Positions 43,192 to 51,489 of a stretch of 64,000 bases of DNA are shown here, in pieces. Below the pieces are notes generated by a model. That model had not been told where the DNA came from. It searched no databases and saw only the letters and a list, made by a program, of their open reading frames with translations. The translations under genes and the position numbers were made by a program. The stretch covers positions 128,001 through 192,000 of the forward strand of contig QCUR01000003.1 in assembly GCA_003208875.1 (NCBI GenBank), given 5' to 3'. The stretch's first letter is position 1; the number at the start of each line of letters is the position of its first letter. This DNA is from Prochlorococcus sp. AG-679-M23. Lineage in GTDB: Bacteria; Cyanobacteriota; Cyanobacteriia; PCC-6307; Cyanobiaceae.

Positions 43192-43314
43192 AGAGTGGTC
43201 ATTGTGGTAACTTATAAAAGTCAAACGGGTTAAAGAATACCTAAAACAACTCAGTCATAACAGTGAATCTGGACATTCTGACCAATTCTGACTACATCTT
43301 ATTTGTATAAAAAT

Positions 43315-43326
43315 ACGGAGAGGGTG
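43315..43326. repeat. att-like core copy 3
   Basis: ACGGAGAGGGTG. Confidence 0.9.
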
Positions 43327-43396
43327 AAATTCACTTTCGTGTTTTAACGGCAGATACAGGAACATCTGGGATGGTTAAAGGGATGTAGAGGCAAAT

Positions 43397-43420
43397 ATCC
43401 ACCAACACATCCACCAACAC
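43397..43420. repeat. Cassette C left arm-like tandem
   Basis: ATCCACCAACAC x2, starting 81 bp from the core. Confidence 0.85.
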
Positions 43421-43529
43421 CAAAAACTTGCCTATATTGGACGATATTGGATTGATAAATCTGTATATAAATTACAATTTTATATATATTTTTTTCTAGG
43501 GATATAATTATCAAAATATTTAATAAAAA

Positions 43530-44417
43530 ATGAAAACACTCTATTCATTTTTAGTTTCATTATTAGTAATACCTTTTTCAACAACTATAGGACTAGGGTC
43601 TTTATATTTTTATAGTGAACTTGCAATTTTCACTAGAGAAGCAAAAGCAACAAACTGGAATGCATTTAATCTAAATTTTAAAAAAGGGTTGAGATATCTT
43701 GATAAGGGTGAATATCAAAAGGCACTTGATGCTTACAACAGAGTAATTAAAATTTATGCACTTGATGGACCTAGTTTCTACAACAGAGGCACAGCATATT
43801 TAGGATTAGGAAAATACAATGAGGCAATTAAAGACTTTTTAAAATCAATTAAATACGATAATGAGAAAGGCAACCAATATGCTTATAACAATATTGCAGT
43901 CGCATACGATAATCTTGGAGATTACAAAAATGCCCTTAAATATATCAACTTAGCAATAGATGCGTACCCTAAATTTGGACTTTATTTTCACAATCGTGCT
44001 TACTATAATTTGGAGTTAGAAAATTTCAAAGATGCAGAAAAAGATTATGCGAAAGCAAAAGAAGTTTACTTAAAATATAAAAGTACAAGAATGATTGGAG
44101 ATTGTCCAAAAGTTAAGAATCTAGAGCATTGCAAACTAGATTCTTGGTTCTATAACGATTTAGGTTATGCAAAAGAGAGTTTAGGAGATTTTAGAGGAGC
44201 ATTGGTTAATTACGATAAAGCAATAGAAATAAATTATCCAAATCCAAATGAAGAAAAATTTATCATATTCAATAATCGGGGAAATACAAGATATGAATTA
44301 GGTGATGAGAAGGGTGCTTGTAAAGATTACAAGTTTGCTGCATCAATAGGTGACGCGGAAGGAGTTGAGTGGTTGAAATCAAAGGATGGTAAATGGTGCG
44401 GAGAAATGGAATTTTAA
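43530..44417 (+). CDS. Tetratricopeptide-repeat protein with N-terminal hydrophobic segment
   Basis: Repeated YNRG.AY..LG.Y..A..D TPR units; C-terminal GAC.DY..AA..G. Confidence 0.9.
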   Translation: MKTLYSFLVSLLVIPFSTTIGLGSLYFYSELAIFTREAKATNWNAFNLNFKKGLRYLDKGEYQKALDAYNRVIKIYALDGPSFYNRGTAYLGLGKYNEAIKDFLKSIKYDNEKGNQYAYNNIAVAYDNLGDYKNALKYINLAIDAYPKFGLYFHNRAYYNLELENFKDAEKDYAKAKEVYLKYKSTRMIGDCPKVKNLEHCKLDSWFYNDLGYAKESLGDFRGALVNYDKAIEINYPNPNEEKFIIFNNRGNTRYELGDEKGACKDYKFAASIGDAEGVEWLKSKDGKWCGEMEF

Positions 44418-44432
44418 AACATAAAAAGATTT

Positions 44433-44520
44433 ATCCACCAACACATACTTTCTCCATCAAATATCCACCAACACATCAAAAAATATCCACCAACATATCC
44501 ACCAACATATCCACCAACAC
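44433..44520. repeat. Cassette C right arm-like repeat cluster
   Basis: ATCCACCAACA at 44433, 44463, 44485, 44497 and 44509; the last three in 12-bp tandem. Confidence 0.9.
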
Positions 44521-44630
44521 ATTTATGCATATACTGGTAAATGTTGGATTATATAGGACAAACAACTTCTCTAAAATCCCATTTTGACCGCATTTTTGCC
44601 AACATAGCACTTCACAGGATGATAATTAAA

Positions 44631-44715
44631 CGGAGAGGGTGGGATTCGAACCCACGAATAGTTACCTATTAAACGATTTCGAATCGTTCGCTTTCGACCA
44701 CTCAGCCACCTCTCC
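44631..44715 (-). tRNA. tRNA-Ser (anticodon CGA)
   Basis: GGAGAGG/CCTCTCC acceptor stem, AACGA-TTCGAAA-TCGTT anticodon arm, long variable arm, GTGGG-TTCGAAT-CCCAC T arm; CCA not encoded. Confidence 0.97.
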
Positions 44716-44766
44716 GTAATTAAATAATATATAAAATTTATAAATTCGTTTTTTTTATCTTATTTA

Positions 44767-45798
44767 TTAATTCCAACCCGCTTCTTTCATCATTTTGATT
44801 GCGAGAGAATTATTTTCACCTAACTCATCTACCGTGACTTTATCAGAAGTAAACTCCCCAAAGTTTTTGACTATTTCATTTTGATTAACTTCATTTAAAG
44901 GATGTTCAAAAGTAGGTGCGGCTAAACCCTTACTTCCTTCTGGTGAGGCTAAAAATTCAAGCAATTTTATAGCTTCAGACTTGTTAGTAGCATATCTAGC
45001 AACACCTCCAGCACTAATGTTTACGTGTGCAGGATTGGGTGTAATAACAGACGTTTTTTTTGCATATAAAGAATCTCTTCTTCCATTAACACCGGCAAGC
45101 ATTCTTGCAACATAGTAGTGATTGACAATCCCGACACCACATTTTTTCTTGGAAACTGCTCTTACTATTGCAATATCACCTGGGAAGAAAGGTTTAGAAA
45201 CATTAGAAATCATTCCACTTAACCAAGCTTTAGTTTCAGTCTCACCTTTATTAACTATTTGATTAGCTACCAGAGATTGGTTGTAAGGACTTTTTCTATT
45301 TCTTAAACATACTTTCCCTTTTAAAGAGGGATCAGCTAGATCCGAATAGTCCCTTATTTTATTAACATCCACAACTTTTGGATTAGCAACCATGACCCTA
45401 ACTCTTCTAGTTAGCGCATACCATTCCCTACCTGGATCTTTTAAACCATCTGGAACATCGTTCTCTAAATTTGATGAGTCAATTCTTTGCAGCAAACCTG
45501 CTTTTGCAGCATTAGTTATTCTTGCTGCATCAACAAGCAAAATCACATCTGCTTGAGAATTTTTTCCTTCTCTTTTTAATCTTTCAATTAAAGATATCCC
45601 GGCAGCTTCAATAAGTCTTACTTTTATCCCAGTTTCTTCCGCAAATTTCTTATAAACTCCTCTATCGGTATTGTAATGTCTTCCTGAATAAACTTTCACT
45701 TCTTTTTCAGTTGAGTTAACAGGTATATTTGTATTAAATAAGAAAGTAAGGGTCAAAGCTGAATAAAAAAGTCTTTTTAGTTTTTGCACTTTTATCAA
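44767..45798 (-). CDS. futA: Fe(3+) ABC transporter substrate-binding protein FutA/IdiA
   Basis: VYSGRHY, YNQSL, VNHYY and HVNIS motifs. Confidence 0.95.
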   Translation of the reverse strand: MIKVQKLKRLFYSALTLTFLFNTNIPVNSTEKEVKVYSGRHYNTDRGVYKKFAEETGIKVRLIEAAGISLIERLKREGKNSQADVILLVDAARITNAAKAGLLQRIDSSNLENDVPDGLKDPGREWYALTRRVRVMVANPKVVDVNKIRDYSDLADPSLKGKVCLRNRKSPYNQSLVANQIVNKGETETKAWLSGMISNVSKPFFPGDIAIVRAVSKKKCGVGIVNHYYVARMLAGVNGRRDSLYAKKTSVITPNPAHVNISAGGVARYATNKSEAIKLLEFLASPEGSKGLAAPTFEHPLNEVNQNEIVKNFGEFTSDKVTVDELGENNSLAIKMMKEAGWN

Positions 45799-45891
45799 TT
45801 AGTATCTATGGTTACTTTATATATATCCAACGAGCAAGAATCCTAAAAGAAATTTTCTATACACGGCCTTGTATCATTTTTTATACATAAA

Positions 45892-46557
45892 ATGAATTAT
45901 TTAACGCACCAGCTACTTAATGAAGAGGAAATAGAAATATTAAATAACAATATAAAAAAACAAAATAATCTTTGGGAAGATGGAAAAAAGACCGCGGGAA
46001 GTCATGCTTCAAAAGTAAAAAATAATTTGCAATTAAATAGAAATTCGGAAGTTTCAAAAAAATATTCTCAATTAATTAATAAAAAGATCCTTGCCAACTC
46101 GCTAATTAAGAGTTTTTCACTACCTAAAATAATCCATGGAACTATGTTCACCAAATCATCGCTAAACATGGGTTATGGGAGACATATTGATAATCCATTT
46201 ATGTCTTCAGGTAGATCAGATTTATCGTTTACTATTTCATTAACTAATAAAGATTTTTATGAAGGTGGAGAGTTAGTAATTGAAACGATTAACTCTGAGA
46301 AAGAATTTAAGCTAAATGCCGGTGAGATAATTATTTATCCAAGTACTTATTTACATTCAGTTAAAGAGATAAAAAATGGTGAAAGATTAGTATGCGTTGG
46401 ATGGATCGAAAGTTATGTTAAATCAATTGAACAAAGAGAGTATTTATTTGATCTTGATGCGGGAGCAAAAAGCATATTAGCTAAACATGGCAGGTCGGAT
46501 GAACTTGATTTAGTTTTTAAATCTTATTCAAACTTTCTTAGATTGCTTGGCAACTAA
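45892..46557 (+). CDS. piuC: PKHD-type Fe(II)/2-oxoglutarate hydroxylase (PiuC/YbiX)
   Basis: WEDG..TAG....VKNN.Q, YG.H.D, DLS.T, YEGGEL, YPS..LH.V and W..S motifs. Confidence 0.9.
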   Translation: MNYLTHQLLNEEEIEILNNNIKKQNNLWEDGKKTAGSHASKVKNNLQLNRNSEVSKKYSQLINKKILANSLIKSFSLPKIIHGTMFTKSSLNMGYGRHIDNPFMSSGRSDLSFTISLTNKDFYEGGELVIETINSEKEFKLNAGEIIIYPSTYLHSVKEIKNGERLVCVGWIESYVKSIEQREYLFDLDAGAKSILAKHGRSDELDLVFKSYSNFLRLLGN

Positions 46558-46632
46558 AGAAACATTTTATACATGCTGAAGAAATTAGTTATTTAATTAT
46601 TTAATATATTAATAGTTAAGTTTAAATTTAAA

Positions 46633-46872
46633 ATGCCTAAAAGAAGTGCAATAGCATTATTTGTAGCAGCAACAAGTGCCCTTTCCATAGCGGCAACAGA
46701 GGATATTTCCTTGAAAGCCGGAGAAAATGATATGGGAGGTTTAAAAGAATGGAATACTGATATGCCAGTTAACTCAGATTTTATATTGGATGAAGCAGCC
46801 CAAAAATTAGCTGATGAAGCTGCTAAATCAAGTATGTGTATACCAATTGGAGAGGGTGAAAACTGCTGGTAA
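46633..46872 (+). CDS. Small secreted acidic protein ending CIPIGEGENCW
   Basis: Signal-peptide-like N-terminus; C-terminal Cys pair; followed by a terminator. Confidence 0.75.
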   Translation: MPKRSAIALFVAATSALSIAATEDISLKAGENDMGGLKEWNTDMPVNSDFILDEAAQKLADEAAKSSMCIPIGEGENCW

Positions 46873-46919
46873 AAAAATTTCCTAATATCAACAACAAAGT
46901 AAATATTTAAGTAGTTAAA

Positions 46920-46947
46920 AAAAAACGCCCTATTCAGGGCGTTTTTT
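46920..46947. terminator. Bidirectional intrinsic terminator
   Basis: AAAAAACGCCCT-attc-AGGGCGTTTTTT between convergent genes. Confidence 0.88.
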
Positions 46948-46964
46948 AGTTTCAAAATCTAGTT

Positions 46965-48248
46965 CTAGAATTTGAATGTAGTTTCTAAAAGTGCACCAGT
47001 CAGGTCTGAACTTGCTGTTCCGTTTCTGTCGGAACCACCAAATACAGTTGGAGTTACATTAATAGAATCATTCACTTGGAATGAATAATAAGCTTCCCAA
47101 GCAAAAGGATCAGTTGTTTCTGACTCTTTCTTTTGTGGCTGACCGAAAGCTAATCCAATTCTGTCATCAGCTTGGAAAATATCTTGCCAGTTTAAACCTA
47201 CAAAATACATATTTGTATTACTGTTTGAACTAGCATCTGTTTCAGATGTATCAAAACCAACAGAAATTGAAGGGGTAGCATTTCCTGTTTCTGCAGGTCT
47301 CCACCATCCTCTTAAACCAATATTGGTACTATTACCATCTCCAGCTCTGGTTTTACCAGCTGAAGTAGTGAAGTAACTATCAGTCCATCCGTTGTACTTT
47401 TGGTTAACAATCGCTGATACTGAATACTGTGGTTGTGTATAACCAACTTGAGTAGCCCAACTTGTCTTACCATCGTTAGTTAAAACACCTGTAGATTCGT
47501 TACCTTTTTGAGTAGTGAAGTTTGTGCTAAAAGCTAGTCCACTATCACCAGTCCATGTCAAGCCTGCTCCAGGACTTGTACTTGCACCATATGCTGACGC
47601 ATTACCACCAAGAGTAAACTGTTTTAAAACAGGTTTGTAAATTGATGGGGTTGTACCATGCATATAGTAGTTTTCAATCTTAGGTCCAGCAGTAAATGTA
47701 AACTTGTCACCTACAGGCATTGAGTACCACAACTTATCAACCTTGAATCCATCTCCATTCTGGTTGGCAGATGATAAATATGTACCATATGCAGTTTCGT
47801 TAAATGGTAGGGTTTTTTCTCCAGCGGAATCTTTAGGACCGTTTCCAGTCTTAATTCTTACGTAAAGATTGTCATCCCCAGTAAAACTTGTATTCAAGTT
47901 CATTACGTACATGTACTGGAAAACAGTAGCTTCATTAAGAGCAGTAATGCTATCATCAGCATCAAGAGCTCCAACAGAGAAAACTGCTTTACCATCCATT
48001 GTTGTGGTATCAGAGAAACCACCTGCTTCAAAATCGTTAAATTGAGTTTCTAAACCATCAATTTTATCGTTGACTGTTGCAAGTTCATTTGCAAAAGATT
48101 TGCTATTAAATTGTTGTTTTTTTGAAGATGATTTACTACGAGAGTAGCTATTCATACTTTCAATATTAATGTCGTTAGCTTGAGCACCGATCGGAGCAAT
48201 TAAGCCGATAGCTGCACTAGCAACCAACATTTGTTGGAAGAGTTTCAT
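46965..48248 (-). CDS. som: Som-type cyanobacterial outer-membrane porin
   Basis: MKLFQQ.LV signal, FSDTT.M.G, LNTSFTGDDNL..R...GN, C-terminal TTFKF. Confidence 0.93.
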   Translation of the reverse strand: MKLFQQMLVASAAIGLIAPIGAQANDINIESMNSYSRSKSSSKKQQFNSKSFANELATVNDKIDGLETQFNDFEAGGFSDTTTMDGKAVFSVGALDADDSITALNEATVFQYMYVMNLNTSFTGDDNLYVRIKTGNGPKDSAGEKTLPFNETAYGTYLSSANQNGDGFKVDKLWYSMPVGDKFTFTAGPKIENYYMHGTTPSIYKPVLKQFTLGGNASAYGASTSPGAGLTWTGDSGLAFSTNFTTQKGNESTGVLTNDGKTSWATQVGYTQPQYSVSAIVNQKYNGWTDSYFTTSAGKTRAGDGNSTNIGLRGWWRPAETGNATPSISVGFDTSETDASSNSNTNMYFVGLNWQDIFQADDRIGLAFGQPQKKESETTDPFAWEAYYSFQVNDSINVTPTVFGGSDRNGTASSDLTGALLETTFKF

Positions 48249-48389
48249 TTTACCTCACACGGAAAAAACCCACACGAATGGGTAAACAAATTGTATCGAG
48301 TGTAACCTTATTGAGTAGGAAAATAAGATTCCTTTGCAAGTATCAATTTATACATAAGCCCTTATTTTTGAATATTAATCTCTAGATTT

Positions 48390-49262
48390 TTATTTTTTCA
48401 CTAATGGGAAGTTTAATAACTCTCTCTCTTTCACCCATGAAGAGGCAACTTCTCTTGCTAAATTTCTAATCTTTTCAATGTATTGAGCACGATCTGTTAC
48501 CGAGATTACTCCTCTCGCATCAAGTAAATTAAATACGTGACTACATTTTAAAACATAATCAAGAGCAGGGTAAGTAAGCTTCTTTTCAGTTAATAAATTT
48601 GCTTCATCTTGGTAGATCTCAAATAATTTTCTGAGATTTTCAGGATTAGATTCAGTGAAATTATATGAGCATTGACCTTTTTCAAATTGGAGCCAAATGT
48701 CACTATATTTCAAATCTTTATTCCATTTCAAGTCCCAAATACTTTCCTTATCTTGCAAGAACATTGCAATCCTCTCTAAACCATATGTAATTTCAATTGG
48801 TATTGGTTTACAATCAATTCCACCACACTGTTGGAAATAGGTAAATTGAGTAACTTCCATCCCATCTAACCAAACCTCCCAACCTACTCCCCACGCTCCT
48901 AGGGTAGGTGACTCCCAATTGTCCTCTACAAACCTTATGTCATGATCTCTAGGATTTATTCCAAGAAATTCTAAAGATTTCAAATATTTTTCTTGAATCC
49001 CATCTGGGGAAGGCTTAATTATTACTTGATATTGAAAATAATGTTGAGCACGATTGGGATTATCACCAAATCTTCCGTCTGTTGGTCTTCTACATGGCTC
49101 AGCATATGCAACAGACCAAGGTTCGGGTCCAATTGCCCTCAAAAAAGTATGAGGATTCATTGTTCCCGCTCCCTTTTCAGTATCGTAAGGCTGCATAATC
49201 AAACAACCCTCTTTGGACCAAAAATTATTTAAATTTTGAATTATATCCTGAAAAAACATCAA
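48390..49262 (-). CDS. glyQ: Glycine-tRNA ligase alpha subunit
   Basis: GAGTMNP.TFLR, RRPTDGR.G.NPNR and EITYGLER motifs. Confidence 0.99.
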   Translation of the reverse strand: MMFFQDIIQNLNNFWSKEGCLIMQPYDTEKGAGTMNPHTFLRAIGPEPWSVAYAEPCRRPTDGRFGDNPNRAQHYFQYQVIIKPSPDGIQEKYLKSLEFLGINPRDHDIRFVEDNWESPTLGAWGVGWEVWLDGMEVTQFTYFQQCGGIDCKPIPIEITYGLERIAMFLQDKESIWDLKWNKDLKYSDIWLQFEKGQCSYNFTESNPENLRKLFEIYQDEANLLTEKKLTYPALDYVLKCSHVFNLLDARGVISVTDRAQYIEKIRNLAREVASSWVKERELLNFPLVKK

Positions 49263-49414
49263 ATTTTAAGAAGTTTAGAATTTAGATCAATGCCATTAAA
49301 CATAATAACAAAACTTAAAACAAAAAATATTTTCAACTCTAATTTTTCAAAAGCATTATCTGGTATGTGGATAGTATAAAATTTAATCCAATATAAACAT
49401 AAATTAGAAATTAA

Positions 49415-49801
49415 TCATGAAAAAAAATCTAATGGCAATGGTCCAAAAGTATTAGATTCTTTTGCATCTTCATCATATTGGCAAGTTATTAAAATTCCTT
49501 CTCCCAGACCATTTTCAGATCTTATATAAACATTTCCAGTTTTTTGATTACCTTTCAAAAAAACACTTCCATCAGCATGAAGCGAATCTAAATTACCAAA
49601 TTTTATTGAGGGATATTTATTAGAAATTGATTGCACTACTTCAATAGCTTTAGTATCACAAGGTGCCATTATTCCTATTGTTATCCAATCGGCATTATAA
49701 ATATTAGTTTCTAGTTCTTCTAAAAGTTTTTTTATTTGACTACTGCTTAAAAAAGGAGCAGATCTAAGACTGTTTAAATCAACTAAATTATTTATTCCCA
49801 T
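49415..49801 (-). CDS. DUF1824-like protein
   Basis: DW.TIGIMA, VFLK.NQKTG and FGPLPLDFF motifs. Confidence 0.8.
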   Translation of the reverse strand: MGINNLVDLNSLRSAPFLSSSQIKKLLEELETNIYNADWITIGIMAPCDTKAIEVVQSISNKYPSIKFGNLDSLHADGSVFLKGNQKTGNVYIRSENGLGEGILITCQYDEDAKESNTFGPLPLDFFS

Positions 49802-49827
49802 TTAATTAATACCTAAAAAAATAATAC

Positions 49828-50160
49828 TTAACCAAATGTTCTTCCATTCCAAGCCCACATTGAAGCAGACACATCCTCGAAAGAAATATAAATCTTATCT
49901 ATTGGAATTCCCATTTTTTCATAAACAAAATTAGATATTGGCTTTGCCATTTCTGAAGGATTTAAACAGCCTATTGACTTAATCTCTAAAAAGCAGCAAG
50001 GGCTTTCATCATCGAAATACATTTCGGAATTATCATCTAATTTAGCCATAACGAATCTTTTAGATTTATTTGTTAAAGACGAGACTAATATTGAGATTTC
50101 TTCAAGTAATTTTTGCTTATCCTCTATTTTTGCAGATGTAGAAACATTAATGTAAGGCAT
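49828..50160 (-). CDS. MIF-like tautomerase
   Basis: N-terminal Pro (MPYINV); KSIG; IYI.F.D....WAWNG.TF. Confidence 0.9.
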   Translation of the reverse strand: MPYINVSTSAKIEDKQKLLEEISILVSSLTNKSKRFVMAKLDDNSEMYFDDESPCCFLEIKSIGCLNPSEMAKPISNFVYEKMGIPIDKIYISFEDVSASMWAWNGRTFG

Positions 50161-50162
50161 AT

Positions 50163-50333
50163 TTATGCAGCTAAATTATCTTTTTGAAAATCATTTTGTA
50201 GATAAAAAGTTTTAGTTTTTAAACCTTTTTTTGATGAAAGATATGCCATATCGTATTGACTAATTCCGTTTTTATATGGATTGAAAAGGGCGTTTTTAGA
50301 TCTACTTTTTTTGCTCCTTTTAGATTCAATCAT
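50163..50333 (-). CDS. Small basic hypothetical protein (56 aa), not in the track
   Basis: MIESKRSKKSRSKNALFNPYKNGISQYDMAYL...DNLAA*; 2 bp from the MIF start. Confidence 0.55.
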   Translation of the reverse strand: MIESKRSKKSRSKNALFNPYKNGISQYDMAYLSSKKGLKTKTFYLQNDFQKDNLAA

Positions 50334-50486
50334 TTTAATTAAATTGATATTTAATAATTTAACTTTTTTTGAATAGATGTCTAGTTTTTTTTTAAAATCT
50401 TTAATTAATTAAGTGCTAAATATATTTCAAAATCACAATATGAATATCTATTTACTAAATTTAAAATATGTCTCATTAAAATCGAC

Positions 50487-51125
50487 TTGGAAGTTTTAAA
50501 TAATTATCAAAGAAAAAAGCTTGATGAGAGTAATGACGAAGAATTTTATTCTGACCCAAAATTTGTCTATCATCTAGATGCTAACTTCAGGCAATATCTA
50601 TCAAATGTTTATAAAACTGAAATCGCAGATTATTCAACTGTCCTTGATTTAATGTCAAGTTGGGATAGTTATTTACCAAAAGAGAAAAAGTATAAAAAAG
50701 TTATTGGACATGGATTAAACAAACAAGAACTGGAAAAAAACAAAATTTTTGATTCTTATTGGATACAAAATTTCAATTTAAATCAAGAGATTCCTCTAGA
50801 TAGTGGAAGCGTTGATTATTGTTTAATGGTGGCAGCTTGGCAATATTTACAATACCCAGAAAATTTAACCAAAGAAATCGTAAGAATTTTGAGTAATCAG
50901 GGCAAGATTATGATTGCTTTTTCAAATAGAGCATTTTGGCATAAGGCTCCTAATATATGGACTACATCTACTGAAGAAGAGAGAATAAAATATGTAAGAG
51001 AAGTATTAATCACAAACGGATTTAATGAACCAAAAATCATTAAAAAGTTTAACGAACCTTCTCTTAATATTTTTAATTTTTTAAATAAAGATCCTTTTTA
51101 TTGTTTAATTGCGACTAAAGAATAA
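50487..51125 (+). CDS. SAM-dependent methyltransferase-like protein
   Basis: FY..PKFV.HLD, VLDLMSSW.S.LP, GHGLN..EL and FSNR motifs. Confidence 0.88.
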   Translation: MEVLNNYQRKKLDESNDEEFYSDPKFVYHLDANFRQYLSNVYKTEIADYSTVLDLMSSWDSYLPKEKKYKKVIGHGLNKQELEKNKIFDSYWIQNFNLNQEIPLDSGSVDYCLMVAAWQYLQYPENLTKEIVRILSNQGKIMIAFSNRAFWHKAPNIWTTSTEEERIKYVREVLITNGFNEPKIIKKFNEPSLNIFNFLNKDPFYCLIATKE

Positions 51126-51232
51126 ATTATTAATTTAATGCAGTATAGGAAAAGTTAATGAAAAGCTAATAATTAAAATCCATAGCCATACTTTTGAATA
51201 GTTACTAATATTGGGTAGTTTAAAAATTTTCA

Positions 51233-51478
51233 ATGGGATCTAAAAGAGAAAAATACCCTGAAAAATGTCCATGGGATCTAGGACCTAATCAAGATTTGGC
51301 AAAAGAAGAAAACTGGACACTAAGATTAGGGGAGGCAAATGTATGTTTTAGCAAAAACAAACTAGATGCTAATTACTTTCATGTAATCAGTAATGAAAAT
51401 GAAGAGCAAATTCTTGCTTTTAGAGCAAGGCTTCTTTATCAGAAATTACTTGATAAAGGATTTAGATTAGTAGAGTAA
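51233..51478 (+). CDS. Hypothetical protein
   Basis: 81-aa ORF with ATG start. Confidence 0.6.
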   Translation: MGSKREKYPEKCPWDLGPNQDLAKEENWTLRLGEANVCFSKNKLDANYFHVISNENEEQILAFRARLLYQKLLDKGFRLVE

Positions 51479-51489
51479 AAAGTGAACCA

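Larger units (their letters stand above)
33210..44641. mobile_element. tRNA-Ser-anchored genomic island of three tandem cassettes (A 33222-35514, B 35527-43314, C 43327-44629); no integrase in the island
   Basis: Four copies of the tRNA 3'-end 12-mer; accessory gene content between core genes; terminal repeat motifs. Confidence 0.85.

Noticed and set aside
44433..44520. CRISPR array
   Set aside because: Units are 11-12 bp, mostly contiguous, with no regular unique spacers and no cas genes in the window
44393..44587. 64-aa ORF with STNI/YPPTH repeats
   Set aside because: Translation of the non-coding ATCCACCAACA repeat cluster; overlaps the TPR gene end
33222..44629. Prophage or autonomous integrative element
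   Set aside because: No integrase, replication, packaging or structural genes are recognisable
46849..46860. Fifth att-like core GGAGAGGGTGAA
   Set aside because: Lies in frame within a gene (Gly-Glu-Gly-Glu), lacks the leading AC, is upstream of the tRNA and has no arm motifs
46593..46955. Minus-strand 120-aa ORF
   Set aside because: Shadow of the secreted peptide gene; begins inside a terminator
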